64,000 nucleotides of DNA from the NCBI GenBank assembly GCA_963703955.1, contig CAVPGK010000006.1:1-64000 (forward strand). Direction: 5' to 3'. Positions 50,869 through 60,631 of the stretch are shown piece by piece. The DNA comes from Nitrospirota bacterium (GTDB lineage: Bacteria > Nitrospirota > Nitrospiria > Nitrospirales > Nitrospiraceae). A program made the translations under genes and the position numbers. Under the pieces are notes generated by a model, which did not search any database, was not told the origin of the DNA, and worked only from the letters and a program-made list of their open reading frames with translations. Within the stretch, counting starts at the first letter, position 1, and every line of letters begins with the position of its first letter.

Positions 50869-51357
50869 CTATCGGAACCCAACATATTTTGGGTTTGCCC
50901 GCAAGGTGCCTATTTTGACTTGACGCCACGCGCCACTACCTACCTGGTAGGTAGCTCTTACTTGAATCACGACTGCTCCAGCAGTGATAAAGGAATCCGC
51001 TCGGTCGGATTGAACGGTCCACACCAATCGAATGCCATCTTGTTCCATGCTCCCTGTATAGATGCCATCCCCCGCGGTCGTGTCTTCCTGAAGACCATCA
51101 TCACGCATGACGACGTCCGGGATACCATCCAAATTCAAATCGTCGGTTAGCAGTGCCTCCCAAGAAGCCGTGCGTTTTGCCTCGATCCGCGACTGCGCCA
51201 TCGCCAAGGCGTGAGTTCCCATCGCTCCCTGCCTCAAACCATGATCTCCCCACTGAAACATGCCCAGGACACCTAGCATGGAAAAAGCCATGACAACCAT
51301 CGCGACCATCACCTCAAGCAAGCTAAATCCTTGTTCGCTTCTACAAAGTTGGTTCAT
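50869..51357 (-). CDS. PilV-like minor pilin (second cluster)
   Basis: QG|FSLLEVMVAM and ALAMAQSRIE. Confidence 0.8.
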   Translation of the reverse strand: MNQLCRSEQGFSLLEVMVAMVVMAFSMLGVLGMFQWGDHGLRQGAMGTHALAMAQSRIEAKRTASWEALLTDDLNLDGIPDVVMRDDGLQEDTTAGDGIYTGSMEQDGIRLVWTVQSDRADSFITAGAVVIQVRATYQVGSGAWRQVKIGTLRANPKYVGFR

Positions 51358-51383
51358 ACACACCCTCTTTTCACGATACGCCG

Positions 51384-51818
51384 TCAAGAAATCGACACTC
51401 GTCCCGTGAGGCTGATCGTAAGTTGTCTGCGTTCTTCTTGAGCGCTGCGGAGTGTAATGGTTGTCGGCGTGGCGGCGCGGCCGCTTGGATAAAAAATAAC
51501 CGAAGGTCCGTTCGAAAGACTTTCGACGACCACTTTTCTGTCCTCAAAGTCGAACTGACGAACCACCTCTCCTGGCGTCCCTGCAAACTCAATCCGGATC
51601 CATGAAGTCTCCGGCTGGAAAATCACCCGTACTCGCTCTCGCCGCATCATGGCCAAATGACGGGCGCCCCGAAGCTCTGCAGCTAACTCGGCTGTGGCAG
51701 TCTTGCTCTTCTGCCGAGCTACGGCTGCACCGAGACCTTCTCCACCGATGACGAGCATCAGGCCGATCAACGCCACCACTACCATCATTTCACTGAGTGT
51801 GAGCCCACTTTCGTTCAT
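51384..51818 (-). CDS. FimT/GspH-like minor pilin (second cluster)
   Basis: SG|LTLSEMMVV, LRGARHLAM, FYPSGRA and ISLTGRV. Confidence 0.8.
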   Translation of the reverse strand: MNESGLTLSEMMVVVALIGLMLVIGGEGLGAAVARQKSKTATAELAAELRGARHLAMMRRERVRVIFQPETSWIRIEFAGTPGEVVRQFDFEDRKVVVESLSNGPSVIFYPSGRAATPTTITLRSAQEERRQLTISLTGRVSIS

Positions 51819-51870
51819 CTGTTCTCCTTCAACACCTTTTCAAGGAATGCTGTTCTTGCGACCCGTCCTA

Positions 51871-51886
51871 TCCAAATCTCATGCCG
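51871..51886 (-). promoter_or_regulatory. Possible sigma54 promoter with a variant -12
   Basis: CGGCATGAGATTTGGA, near-identical to the lpxC -24 region but with GG instead of GC at -12. Confidence 0.4.
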
Positions 51887-52079
51887 TACTAAGGGTAAAT
51901 ACTTTGTTTGATGGGGCCTGCCAGGAAAATCAGCAGGATACGAGCGTCCCAACGTAATACGTATAAATATGGAGTTTACGGAGGAGGTGGCCTGAGAGCC
52001 AATTAGATACGGAGCGTTTGCACAATTGGATACAGAAGGATAAGCAAGGGAAGCGATAACAAGGAGAAAAGAGATGGAG

Positions 52080-52853
52080 TTACCGAACGCCTGCGAGCAA
52101 GCTCATGTACCAACTCAGAATTTCTCGATGGAAGAACATTGCCACAACAGCACCCAACGCCAAAAATGGACCAAATGGAAGGTACTGATCTCTCCGAATG
52201 ACCTTCAGGAGAATTAACCCAATGCCGACAACCGACCCCACTATCGCCCCCACCAAAATCGTGAGAAGGGTCGGTTTCCAGCCTAGAAAGGCTCCAATCA
52301 TTGCGAGAAGCTTAATGTCTCCTCCGCCCATCCCCTCTTTGCCAAACAAATAGGGGCTGACCCAGGCCACGCCCCACAAGACTCCCCCGCCAATCAGTAC
52401 ACCCAAGACGGAGTTGAGCAACCCAACAGGAAGGATTGTAGCGGCACAGAGAAGGCCCAAGACGATTCCGGGCAAGGTAATCCGGTCGGGGATGATCTGA
52501 TGTGAGAAATCGATCCAGGTGACTACCAGAAGCGCCGAGAACAACAGCGCATAGATAAGTGAGGGCCATTCCAGACCATAACGCCAGACAATGAAGATAT
52601 AACCGAGCCCATTTGTGACTTCCACAATCGGATATCGCGGGGAAATCGAAGCCCGGCACGAACGACATCGAGCTTTCAAAAGAAAATAACCAATCAGAGG
52701 AATATTATCGTATGGCTTGATTGGACACGAGCAATTCGGACAATATGACAGCCGCCAGACGACAGATTTCTTCAAGGGAATCCTGTAAATACAAACGTTC
52801 AAGAAGCTGCCGATCGCTAATCCAATAACAAGCACGCCGAGATAACTCCACAT
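52080..52853 (-). CDS. pilD: Prepilin peptidase/N-methyltransferase PilD
   Basis: GSFLNVCIYRIP, CPNC...CRSC, ID..HQIIPD, GMGGGDIKL and PFGPFL. Confidence 0.95.
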   Translation of the reverse strand: MWSYLGVLVIGLAIGSFLNVCIYRIPLKKSVVWRLSYCPNCSCPIKPYDNIPLIGYFLLKARCRSCRASISPRYPIVEVTNGLGYIFIVWRYGLEWPSLIYALLFSALLVVTWIDFSHQIIPDRITLPGIVLGLLCAATILPVGLLNSVLGVLIGGGVLWGVAWVSPYLFGKEGMGGGDIKLLAMIGAFLGWKPTLLTILVGAIVGSVVGIGLILLKVIRRDQYLPFGPFLALGAVVAMFFHREILSWYMSLLAGVR

Positions 52854-52978
52854 CGTGTCAGATGTCTCCCTGGGACAGCCTGCTGCGACTGCTTAAGAAG
52901 TGATTCTTTAGTTTACATCTGATTCGCTGCCTGACATAATAGATAAGTAAGTAATTGGCTATCATCCAGGTGACCAAT

Positions 52979-53239
52979 ATGGCGAAAGTTCAAAGAGTGA
53001 GACAACCGACTCTTCATACTCCTAAGCGAAAGCGCCCCGAAACCCTGACGAGCCGGGAGCAGGAAATCCTCCAACTGATCTGGTCGGGACTGAAGAATCG
53101 CGAGATTGCACAGCGCTTGAAAATCAGCGTCAAAACGGTGGAAGCCCATCGAGCGACGATGATGAAAAAAGCGCGCGTCTCCAACACGGCTCAACTCCTG
53201 AAGGCCGCCATTCAGGATGGCATGATCAAACTACGCTAG
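52979..53239 (+). CDS. Stand-alone LuxR-type HTH regulator
   Basis: LTSREQEILQLI..G..NREIA..L.IS.KTVEAHR, no receiver domain. Confidence 0.88.
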   Translation: MAKVQRVRQPTLHTPKRKRPETLTSREQEILQLIWSGLKNREIAQRLKISVKTVEAHRATMMKKARVSNTAQLLKAAIQDGMIKLR

Positions 53240-53417
53240 TGTCCTGTCCCCAAAATTCATGGAACAATAAGTCGTATCTGCGGAAGCACGCCATCCGACT
53301 CGTACGCCCGACACCACCGCTCGTGTTGACGACGAACGAGAGACCTTGCAGCGGTGGCGTAGGGTGTTCAAGCTTCCCGCCCGATCCGCTGTGTGATCCG
53401 CCGCTGCTGACACGAGC

Positions 53418-54194
53418 CTAGACGTGTCGCTTCCAAAGAGGCGCTCGCTGTCTCACGGCTTCAAAGAGTACGATTGCGGCTGCGGCCGACACATTGAGTG
53501 AGGCGAGCTGCCCACGCATCGGGATTCTAACTCGCTCGTCGCATTTGTCCAGAACCCCGAGACGGATTCCTCTTCCCTCCCCTCCAAAGACCAAGGCAAG
53601 AGGACATCTAAAATCCAGTGCGGTATAGGGCTTTTCTGCGTGAGGAACCACCCCATAGACCCAGAGCCCTGCGGCCTGTAACTTTTCAATAAGCCTCGAC
53701 ACATTTTCAGCGCAGGCCACGCGTAAGTGCTCCAAGGCGCCGGCAGATACCCTCGCGACGCTCCTCGTCAACCCTGCCGCATGTCGCTCGGGCACGAATA
53801 CTCCGTGGACCCCGGCGGCCTCCGCCGTTCGTAGCACGGCACCCAGATTGTGCGGGTCTTCGATTCCGTCCAGAATGACGACGAAAGGCGGCTCGTCTCG
53901 AGCCCGCGCATGGTCCAAGATATTCTCCGTCGAGGCGTATCCTTTGGCCCCGACTATCCCGATGACCCCTTGATGCTTGCCATCGGGAACGAGACGGTCC
54001 AGAGCAGACCGTGGCTCAAGACGCACCGGCACTCCTGCGGCGTGGGCCAACTGGACAACATCTGCAAATTGACGATCCCGCCTCACGACCAGGAGCCGCA
54101 ACAGCGGTCGACTACCCGAGCGCAAGGCCTCCCGCACAGCATGAAGGCCATAGAGGATCTCCGCCTGCTTACCGCTTCCAGCGACTGGTCCCAT
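53418..54194 (-). CDS. rlmB: 23S rRNA (Gm2251) methyltransferase RlmB
   Basis: YGLHAVREAL, HQGV, DPHNLGAVLRTA, GGEGRG and SLNVSAA. Confidence 0.93.
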   Translation of the reverse strand: MGPVAGSGKQAEILYGLHAVREALRSGSRPLLRLLVVRRDRQFADVVQLAHAAGVPVRLEPRSALDRLVPDGKHQGVIGIVGAKGYASTENILDHARARDEPPFVVILDGIEDPHNLGAVLRTAEAAGVHGVFVPERHAAGLTRSVARVSAGALEHLRVACAENVSRLIEKLQAAGLWVYGVVPHAEKPYTALDFRCPLALVFGGEGRGIRLGVLDKCDERVRIPMRGQLASLNVSAAAAIVLFEAVRQRAPLWKRHV

Positions 54195-55656
54195 CTGGAC
54201 GATCCTCGATCGCGATACCTTGTGCGGCGAGATACCTTCTAATCTCATCGGCTCTCACAAAATCCTTTTGTCGACGGGCCTCGTTCCGTTCAGCTATCTT
54301 CGACTCTACGACAGTATCCGGTATGACAGCTGTCACACTAGCCGTCTCCTTAAGACCCACACTTAGGCTATCAGCCACACTCAGGCTCTCAGTTCTAGGG
54401 TCCTTGAATTGCCAATCCTTCAACTGAAAGAGCCCCAACATCCGACCAGAATGTCGAAAAGCTTCCAGCGCTTTGCCGCATGTCCTTTGACACAATCCCA
54501 TCTCAAGCAATCGATTGACCTCTCCCCGCAGCCGCTGCAATTCCGCAATCGCGGCGGGAGTATTGAAATCATCGTCCATGGCGCGGTGAAAAGCTGATTC
54601 CATCAGCTGGACAGCATTTTGCCACTGCGTATCTCCTGGGCCGTCTTCCACCGTGGATTCCTCAAGCCGCTGAAATAAGCCATAAAAGCCGTCCAGCGCT
54701 CGTTTAGCCTCTTGCAGAGCTTGATCGGAAAAATCGAGCGGACTTCTGTAGTGTGTGGCCAGAAGGAAATACCTGAGGACTTCACCGGTGACTTCTTCTC
54801 GATAACCATACTTCTCGAAGATCTCGCGGATGGTAAAGAAGTTTCCCAAAGACTTGGACATTTTTTCCTGGTTCACCTGTACAAAACCATTGTGAATCCA
54901 ATAGCGGGCGAACTCCTTGTCGGTGGCCCCGCTGGATTGGGCAAGCTCGTTTTCATGATGCGGGAAGATGAGGTCCGCTCCGCCGCCGTGGATATCGAAC
55001 GTGTCGCCCAAGTGTCTGATCGACATCGCAGAACATTCGATGTGCCAGCCTGGGCGTCCCGGTCCCCATGGACTCTCCCAGAACGGCTCGCCTGGCTTCG
55101 CGCTCTTCCAGAGGACGAAATCCATAGCATGTCGTTTTCGCTCATCCACCTCGACACGAGCACCTGCCTGCATCTCCTCCAGCTTCCGCCTGGAGAGACG
55201 CCCGTAGCCGGGGAATTTCTCAACCTGAAAGTACACATCCTGGCCTAATTGGTAGGCCATTCCCTTCCGAACAAGCCGCTCGACCAACGCGATGATGTCG
55301 GCGATATGCTCGGTGGCTTTAGGTTCGATCGTGGCCGACCGAACCCCTAAGCGACGCATATCACGATAGTACGCATCGATATAACGTGACGTGACGGCTT
55401 CCCAAGGCACACCTTGCTCTTGAGCTCGACGAATGATCTTGTCGTCTACATCAGTAAAATTTTTCACGAACGTGACCACATAGCCGCTCTCCTCGAGATA
55501 CCGTCGGATCACATCAAAGACCAGCGCGCTCCTGCCATGGCCGAGATGGCAGTCGTCGTACACCGTGACCCCACAGACATACATGCGAACCCTACCCGGC
55601 ACAAGAGGTTCGAACGAGTCCTTGCGGCCCGTGAGGGTATTGTAGATCTTCAGCAT
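54169..55656 (-). CDS. cysS: Cysteine--tRNA ligase
   Basis: CGVTVYD..HLGH, GRPGWHIECSAM, HHENE, KMSKS and MDDDFNT. Confidence 0.97.
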   Translation of the reverse strand: MLKIYNTLTGRKDSFEPLVPGRVRMYVCGVTVYDDCHLGHGRSALVFDVIRRYLEESGYVVTFVKNFTDVDDKIIRRAQEQGVPWEAVTSRYIDAYYRDMRRLGVRSATIEPKATEHIADIIALVERLVRKGMAYQLGQDVYFQVEKFPGYGRLSRRKLEEMQAGARVEVDERKRHAMDFVLWKSAKPGEPFWESPWGPGRPGWHIECSAMSIRHLGDTFDIHGGGADLIFPHHENELAQSSGATDKEFARYWIHNGFVQVNQEKMSKSLGNFFTIREIFEKYGYREEVTGEVLRYFLLATHYRSPLDFSDQALQEAKRALDGFYGLFQRLEESTVEDGPGDTQWQNAVQLMESAFHRAMDDDFNTPAAIAELQRLRGEVNRLLEMGLCQRTCGKALEAFRHSGRMLGLFQLKDWQFKDPRTESLSVADSLSVGLKETASVTAVIPDTVVESKIAERNEARRQKDFVRADEIRRYLAAQGIAIEDRPDGTSRWKR

Positions 55657-55784
55657 CAGGCACCTAGCAACACACCGCAGGTACTAGACTCAGGTCAGTT
55701 CCGTCCAACAGGGTACTCAGGCGGTTTTGACTACAAGCGTTCTCACCCATCCGCTCCGCGCGCCCGCTTCCGAGCGAGGACCTC

Positions 55785-56594
55785 TTACGCGCGCGGAGTG
55801 CGAGAACTGGAAACAACTCGGCCTCTGTCTTTCCCCATCCTTCCATTACTTAGCACAGTCTCCCAACGTCTTAGCTGCTCCAAGACTTCGTGGTGCGTAA
55901 TGTCAAGGTGAAGAGGTGTAATCGACACCATCCCCCGCCGTACGGCGTCATAGTCGGAGTCCCTCTGCCGCTCCCAGGACATGCGAGTACCGGCAATCCA
56001 GTAATACTTTCGCCCTCGAGGATCCATCTTCTCCACGATAGGATCGACGAAGTGACGCCGGCTAAGACAGGTTATTTTGACACCCGCAATCCCCGCCAGA
56101 TAGCGATTGGGCACATTGACGTTCAGTAACGTCTCCTCTGGCATACCGTATCGGAGCACCGCCCTGGCCACACGTAGGGCATACACAGCCGCCGTCTGAA
56201 ACTTGAAGGTTCCATGGCCATCCTGGGAGACGGCGATAGACGGGATGCCCAGCAGAGTTCCCTCCAGCGCGGCCGAGACCGTACCCGAGTATGTGACATC
56301 GTCACCGAGATTCGCACCACGATTGATCCCTGACACGACCAGAGCCGGCGGGACGCGAATGAGCTGTTTGACGGCCAAGGTGACACAGTCGGATGGCGTA
56401 CCGTTGACCGAAAAGACCTGTCTATCGATTCGGTTGATCCGCAGCGGCTTGTGAAGCGTCAATGAATGACCAACCGCACCACGCTCGCGCTCCGGTGCCA
56501 CGACGCAGACCGTTCCTAATTTCTTCATTGCAGCGGCAAGACTATGCAGGCCTGGCGACAAGATCCCGTCATCATTGGTAACCAGAATCTTCAT
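55785..56594 (-). CDS. surE: 5'/3'-nucleotidase SurE
   Basis: ILVTNDDG, GTPSDCV and SGINRGANLGDDVTYSGTV. Confidence 0.96.
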   Translation of the reverse strand: MKILVTNDDGILSPGLHSLAAAMKKLGTVCVVAPERERGAVGHSLTLHKPLRINRIDRQVFSVNGTPSDCVTLAVKQLIRVPPALVVSGINRGANLGDDVTYSGTVSAALEGTLLGIPSIAVSQDGHGTFKFQTAAVYALRVARAVLRYGMPEETLLNVNVPNRYLAGIAGVKITCLSRRHFVDPIVEKMDPRGRKYYWIAGTRMSWERQRDSDYDAVRRGMVSITPLHLDITHHEVLEQLRRWETVLSNGRMGKDRGRVVSSSRTPRA

Positions 56595-56739
56595 GGGCGT
56601 ACGGGAGACAAGAAAACTGCCCGTGGCAGCTGGCGAGGCGAGCCGTTGCGAGCGAATCGTTCGTAACCGACGTACCCCTGAATATCCACTCAGAGGGGGG
56701 TTGTCCTTAGACGACAGGTGACTGGAGATGCACCGCCGA

Positions 56740-56816
56740 TGGTCGGGGCGAGCCGATTTGAACGGCCGACCTCTCGCACCCCAAGCGAGTGCGCTACCAG
56801 GCTGCGCTACGCCCCG
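56740..56816 (-). tRNA. tRNA-Pro (GGG)
   Basis: CGGGGCGTAGCGCAGCCTGGTAGCGCACTCGCTTGGGGTGCGAGAGGTCGGCCGTTCAAATCGGCTCGCCCCGACCA: cloverleaf, GGG anticodon, encoded CCA. Confidence 0.97.
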
Positions 56817-56839
56817 ACTTCGCCATCCCGCGAGGTTGC

Positions 56840-56868
56840 ATTTTGTCCCACGGCTAGCTTGAGGTCAA
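56840..56868 (-). promoter_or_regulatory. sigma70 promoter of the intact tRNA-Pro, lying inside the island end
   Basis: TTGACC-17-CAAAAT. Confidence 0.55.
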
Positions 56869-57001
56869 GTGTCATTACAGTGTTAGCGTGGTACGCGGAG
56901 AGCTTCGAGGCAGCCTGATGCAAGACTTCCGGCGCAATCTGGTTATACCCATTACATTGATCCTTCATTCAGGGTAGGTTGCGTCTGGGTTGCATTTGTG
57001 C

Positions 57002-57631
57002 CTAACCAGTTCGGTGCCGCCGATAATGGGCTGCCACTTTGATCCGGTTGCCACAGACACTCATGCTGCACCAATGGCGAGCGTGGTTCTTGGTCGTGTC
57101 ATAGAAGAAGAGCACGCAAGCCGGGTTCTGACATCTTTTGATGAGCGACAAATCACACGTGCACAGCAAGTCACTCGCGGAGGTGGCGAGCAACCCAAGC
57201 AGTCGATGCGCCTCCTGTGACTCCGCCTGAAACTCTCGCTCGAATGTTCCATGGCGGTTCGTCAATTGGTCGTAGCCGACACGGTAGCGCAACATCCTGT
57301 TAATGGTCTCAATCGCGGCCGGCGGCACGGGCTTGCCGGCTGCCATCCGCTCGACCATCTCCCGTAGCGAAGCCCGGAACTGCCGTGCCTGGTCCAGGGT
57401 CCGCATGCCCTCGAGCTTCCCGCCCCATTTCCGTTCCGCCTTCGTGGCTTCCTCCTTATCCAGAAGACGCGTCTCCACCAGCCACATGACCAGATCCGAG
57501 AACGTCTCAAGCAGGTCCACCGGCTGCCCGTTCTGGGCAATCCGGGTGTTGATGAAATCCAGGCACGGGTGATTGCCGATGAACATGAACGTCTTCTCGG
57601 CCTGGCCGTCGCGTCCCACAGGTTTCCTCAC
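57002..57631 (-). CDS. ABATE/CGNR zinc-finger regulator
   Basis: CLDFINT and C..P.C.L.FYD.TKN.ARHWCSM..CGNR.K. Confidence 0.9.
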   Translation of the reverse strand: MRKPVGRDGQAEKTFMFIGNHPCLDFINTRIAQNGQPVDLLETFSDLVMWLVETRLLDKEEATKAERKWGGKLEGMRTLDQARQFRASLREMVERMAAGKPVPPAAIETINRMLRYRVGYDQLTNRHGTFEREFQAESQEAHRLLGLLATSASDLLCTCDLSLIKRCQNPACVLFFYDTTKNHARHWCSMSVCGNRIKVAAHYRRHRTG

Positions 57632-57641
57632 AAATAAATAG

Positions 57642-57713
57642 AAACCGTCTAAATAATACTTGACAGGTTAGCCCATGATTGATATAACTGTCAATATTAA
57701 CTTTAGAAGGTTA
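57642..57713. promoter_or_regulatory. Twin 29-bp operators overlapping divergent promoters
   Basis: AAACCGTCTAAATAATACTTGACAGGTTA and TAACTGTCAATATTAACTTTAGAAGGTTA, with TTGACA-17-TATAAC between them. Confidence 0.7.
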
Positions 57714-57796
57714 GTTAGACAACCTGGCAGCAACAGTCCTTACACCACCATGAAGAACCGGCTCGATGGCCGGCCGGACATTCCAAGGAGGGAACC

Positions 57797-58699
57797 ATGG
57801 CTCAGCATGACACTGCACCGTATTACCGCACTCAGGATGTGAACGGGCTCAAGATCTTCTATCGGGAGGCAGGCGCGCCGGCAGCCCCAACGATCCTACT
57901 CCTGCATGGGTTTCCCACGTCGTCGCACATGTTCCGCGACTTGATTCCCCTGCTCGCACGCCACTACCACGTGATCGCTCCCGACCTCCCAGGATTTGGC
58001 TTCTCTGATGCGCCGAGCCCGTCGCGCTTTCCGTACACCTTTGATCGGTTGGCCGACGTGATGGAGCAGTTTACGGACACGCTCGGCCTCAGCCGCTACG
58101 CCCTCTACATCTTCGATTACGGAGCCCCGGTGGGTCTCCGGCTGGCCATTCGGCATCCGGAGCGGATCACTGCGATTGTGTCGCAGAACGGGAATGCCTA
58201 CGAGGACGGGCTCAGCGCGGGCTGGAACCCGATTCAAACGTACTGGGAAGCCCCCACTGCTGAAAACCGGGCAGCGCTGAAGGCCTTTCTCACGCCGGAG
58301 GCCACTAAGTGGCAGTACACCCAGGGGACTGAGGCGTCGCGCCTGGCCCCAGAGTCGTATGCGCTCGACTCTGCCCTATTGGCGCGTCCCGGCAATGAGG
58401 ACATTCAGTTGGATCTGTTTCTCGACTATGCGAGCAATGTCAAGCTCTATCCCCAGTTCCAGGAGTATTTCCGCCTCCACCAGCCACCGACGCTCGCCGT
58501 GTGGGGAAAAACCGATCCGTTCTTTCTTCCAGCCGGGGCCGACGCTTTCAAGCGGGACAACCCGAGTGCGCAGGTTGTGTTCTTCGAAACCGGGCATTTT
58601 GCCCTCGAGACGCATACCGCAGAAATCGGCGCGAAAATCATAGAGTTTCTCAGCGCGATACGGCCGAGTGCCGCGTCTAACTCACGAGGACAAGCATGA
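57797..58699 (+). CDS. Alpha/beta hydrolase (epoxide hydrolase/haloalkane dehalogenase-like)
   Basis: LLHGFPTSS, APDLPGFG, FDYGAPVG nucleophile elbow and GHFALE. Confidence 0.9.
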   Translation: MAQHDTAPYYRTQDVNGLKIFYREAGAPAAPTILLLHGFPTSSHMFRDLIPLLARHYHVIAPDLPGFGFSDAPSPSRFPYTFDRLADVMEQFTDTLGLSRYALYIFDYGAPVGLRLAIRHPERITAIVSQNGNAYEDGLSAGWNPIQTYWEAPTAENRAALKAFLTPEATKWQYTQGTEASRLAPESYALDSALLARPGNEDIQLDLFLDYASNVKLYPQFQEYFRLHQPPTLAVWGKTDPFFLPAGADAFKRDNPSAQVVFFETGHFALETHTAEIGAKIIEFLSAIRPSAASNSRGQA

Positions 58700-58786
58700 G
58701 GTATCAAAGTCATCTCGTGATCAGACTAACACGTGAATCGCTTCACGAAGATGAACAACGCTCACGTTCGTCAGGAGGGGGATGAT

Positions 58787-59353
58787 ATGAGACTCGTTTC
58801 GGTGCAAGTCGGGCGTCCGCGCCCGGTGCGGTGGCATGGAAAGCCCGTGTCCACCGGTATCTACAAAGAGCCGGTGGCTGGCCGCATCGTGCTGTATCGG
58901 TTCAATCTCGACGGCGACCAGCAAGCCGACTTGACCGTTCATGGCGGTCCAGACAAGGCGGTGTATATCTATCCCTCTGAACATTATCCGCTCTGGCAGG
59001 CAGAGTTTCCTGATATGCGATTACCGTACGGAATGTTCGGTGAGAACTTTACGACGGAGGGGTTGGACGAGTCGTCAGTCCACATCGGCGATCAGTTCCG
59101 CATCGGGGGCGCGGTGGTCGTGGTGACGCAGCCGCGCATCCCTTGCTACAAACTCGGCATACGATTCGGGCGTCCAGACATGCCGAAACGGTTTCACGCG
59201 AGCGGTCGCTGCGGCTTTTATCTGGCCGTCCTGCGCGAAGGCGAAGTCGGCGCGGGTGATGTCTGGGAACGCATGGCACAAAACGTTCAGCAGGTTTCGG
59301 TGATGGAGAGCTACCGTCTGCTCACGAACCATTTTAGCAAGGAGATACGCTAG
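58787..59353 (+). CDS. MOSC domain protein (YiiM-like)
   Basis: GDQQADL.VHGG.DKAVY, FGENFT and QPR.PCYK. No C-terminal 3-alpha extension. Confidence 0.88.
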   Translation: MRLVSVQVGRPRPVRWHGKPVSTGIYKEPVAGRIVLYRFNLDGDQQADLTVHGGPDKAVYIYPSEHYPLWQAEFPDMRLPYGMFGENFTTEGLDESSVHIGDQFRIGGAVVVVTQPRIPCYKLGIRFGRPDMPKRFHASGRCGFYLAVLREGEVGAGDVWERMAQNVQQVSVMESYRLLTNHFSKEIR

Positions 59354-59717
59354 CCACGACAGAATAGAAGGTTTGGCTTGCGCGCGATCGGAATTTTCAG
59401 TCGGGACCCCCGCTGGTCGGCTACTCACTTCATTAAGGTGTGAAGTGCGTTGACATGTTTTTTGTAATTTTAGAAAAAGTCTGTTTATCGAAACACTGTA
59501 TGGCCCCATACCCTAACGGGATCGACAAACCACCTCGCTAGGAAACAAGGATGTCACCGGGCGGCATCGGCACTGGCAACCGGTTGCGCCTGTGCTGCGT
59601 CTTGAGAAGAGATGTCCCTTGATGACCCCTCTTGTCTAGATCCCCCTCTGTTTATGCGGTTTTGCTGGGGCTGTTATGATTACTTAGGCGACTCTTAGTC
59701 AGCAGGCCGCACGTGCT

Positions 59718-60616
59718 TTAAAGGAGATCCGAGGTGATGAAATCGCGTAGTGCCCCGATGTAGTGGCCGAGTTTCCACTTCGCTGTGCCCAGTAAGTCAT
59801 GAATTTCGGGGTCATTGGGCTTAATTTTGCTCGCCTGCTGGAAATCCTCAAGGGCACCACGGTAGTCTCGAAGAGCCTGCCTTGCCTTCCCGCGTTGCAC
59901 GTACACCTCGGGGCCTCTTGCATTGCGCTCGATCGCCTGTGTGAAACACTCAACCGCCTCATGGTATCTTCCTAATCCTGCCATTACCCAACCACGAGGG
60001 AAATACGCCATACCCATATTAGGGTTGAGTCGGAGCGCTTCCGCCGAGTCTGCAAGAGCGCCTTCGTAGTCGCGTAAATCCACCTTCATGCTGGAACGAA
60101 GGAAGTAGGCATTAACCTCAGCCGGATTCAGGGCAATCGCCTTGATCAGATCATCAATCGCGGCATGTACACCGTCCGTATAGGACTTCGTTCCCATTGG
60201 ATGTGCGTAGGCCTCTTTGCATTTCGTCCCGGCACGCTTGACATACGCCTCTGCATGATTTGGATCCAGCGTGAGCGCTTGGGTGAAATCGGCGATTGCG
60301 CCGGGCAGGTCCCCCAACTGGTCTTTCACGACTCCACAAAAGTAAAAGGCAAAGAAAGAGTTGGGATCGATCTTGATGATCTCACCGAAATCCTTGAGTG
60401 CTCCGAGCGGGTCGCCCAAAGTGAATCGTGCCAGGCCTCGCTGAGCATAGGAATCCGGGTTGTCAGGCTTGAGCCTGATCGATATGGTGAGGTCCTCGAT
60501 GGCGCCTTTGAAGTTGCCCGGTAGATTATTGGCACAGCCATGAACAAAATGGCCTTCGGCATCATTTGGATTCAACGCGATTGCCTGAGCTGAGTCTTCA
60601 AGCGCCCCTCGGTAAT
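59718..60616 (-). pseudogene. TPR-repeat protein, 5'-truncated by IS3
   Basis: D..GA..D...AI.LNP repeats stay in frame up to the IS3 terminus. No start codon or RBS. Confidence 0.75.
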
Positions 60617-60631
60617 TGATCTTTCCCCGAT

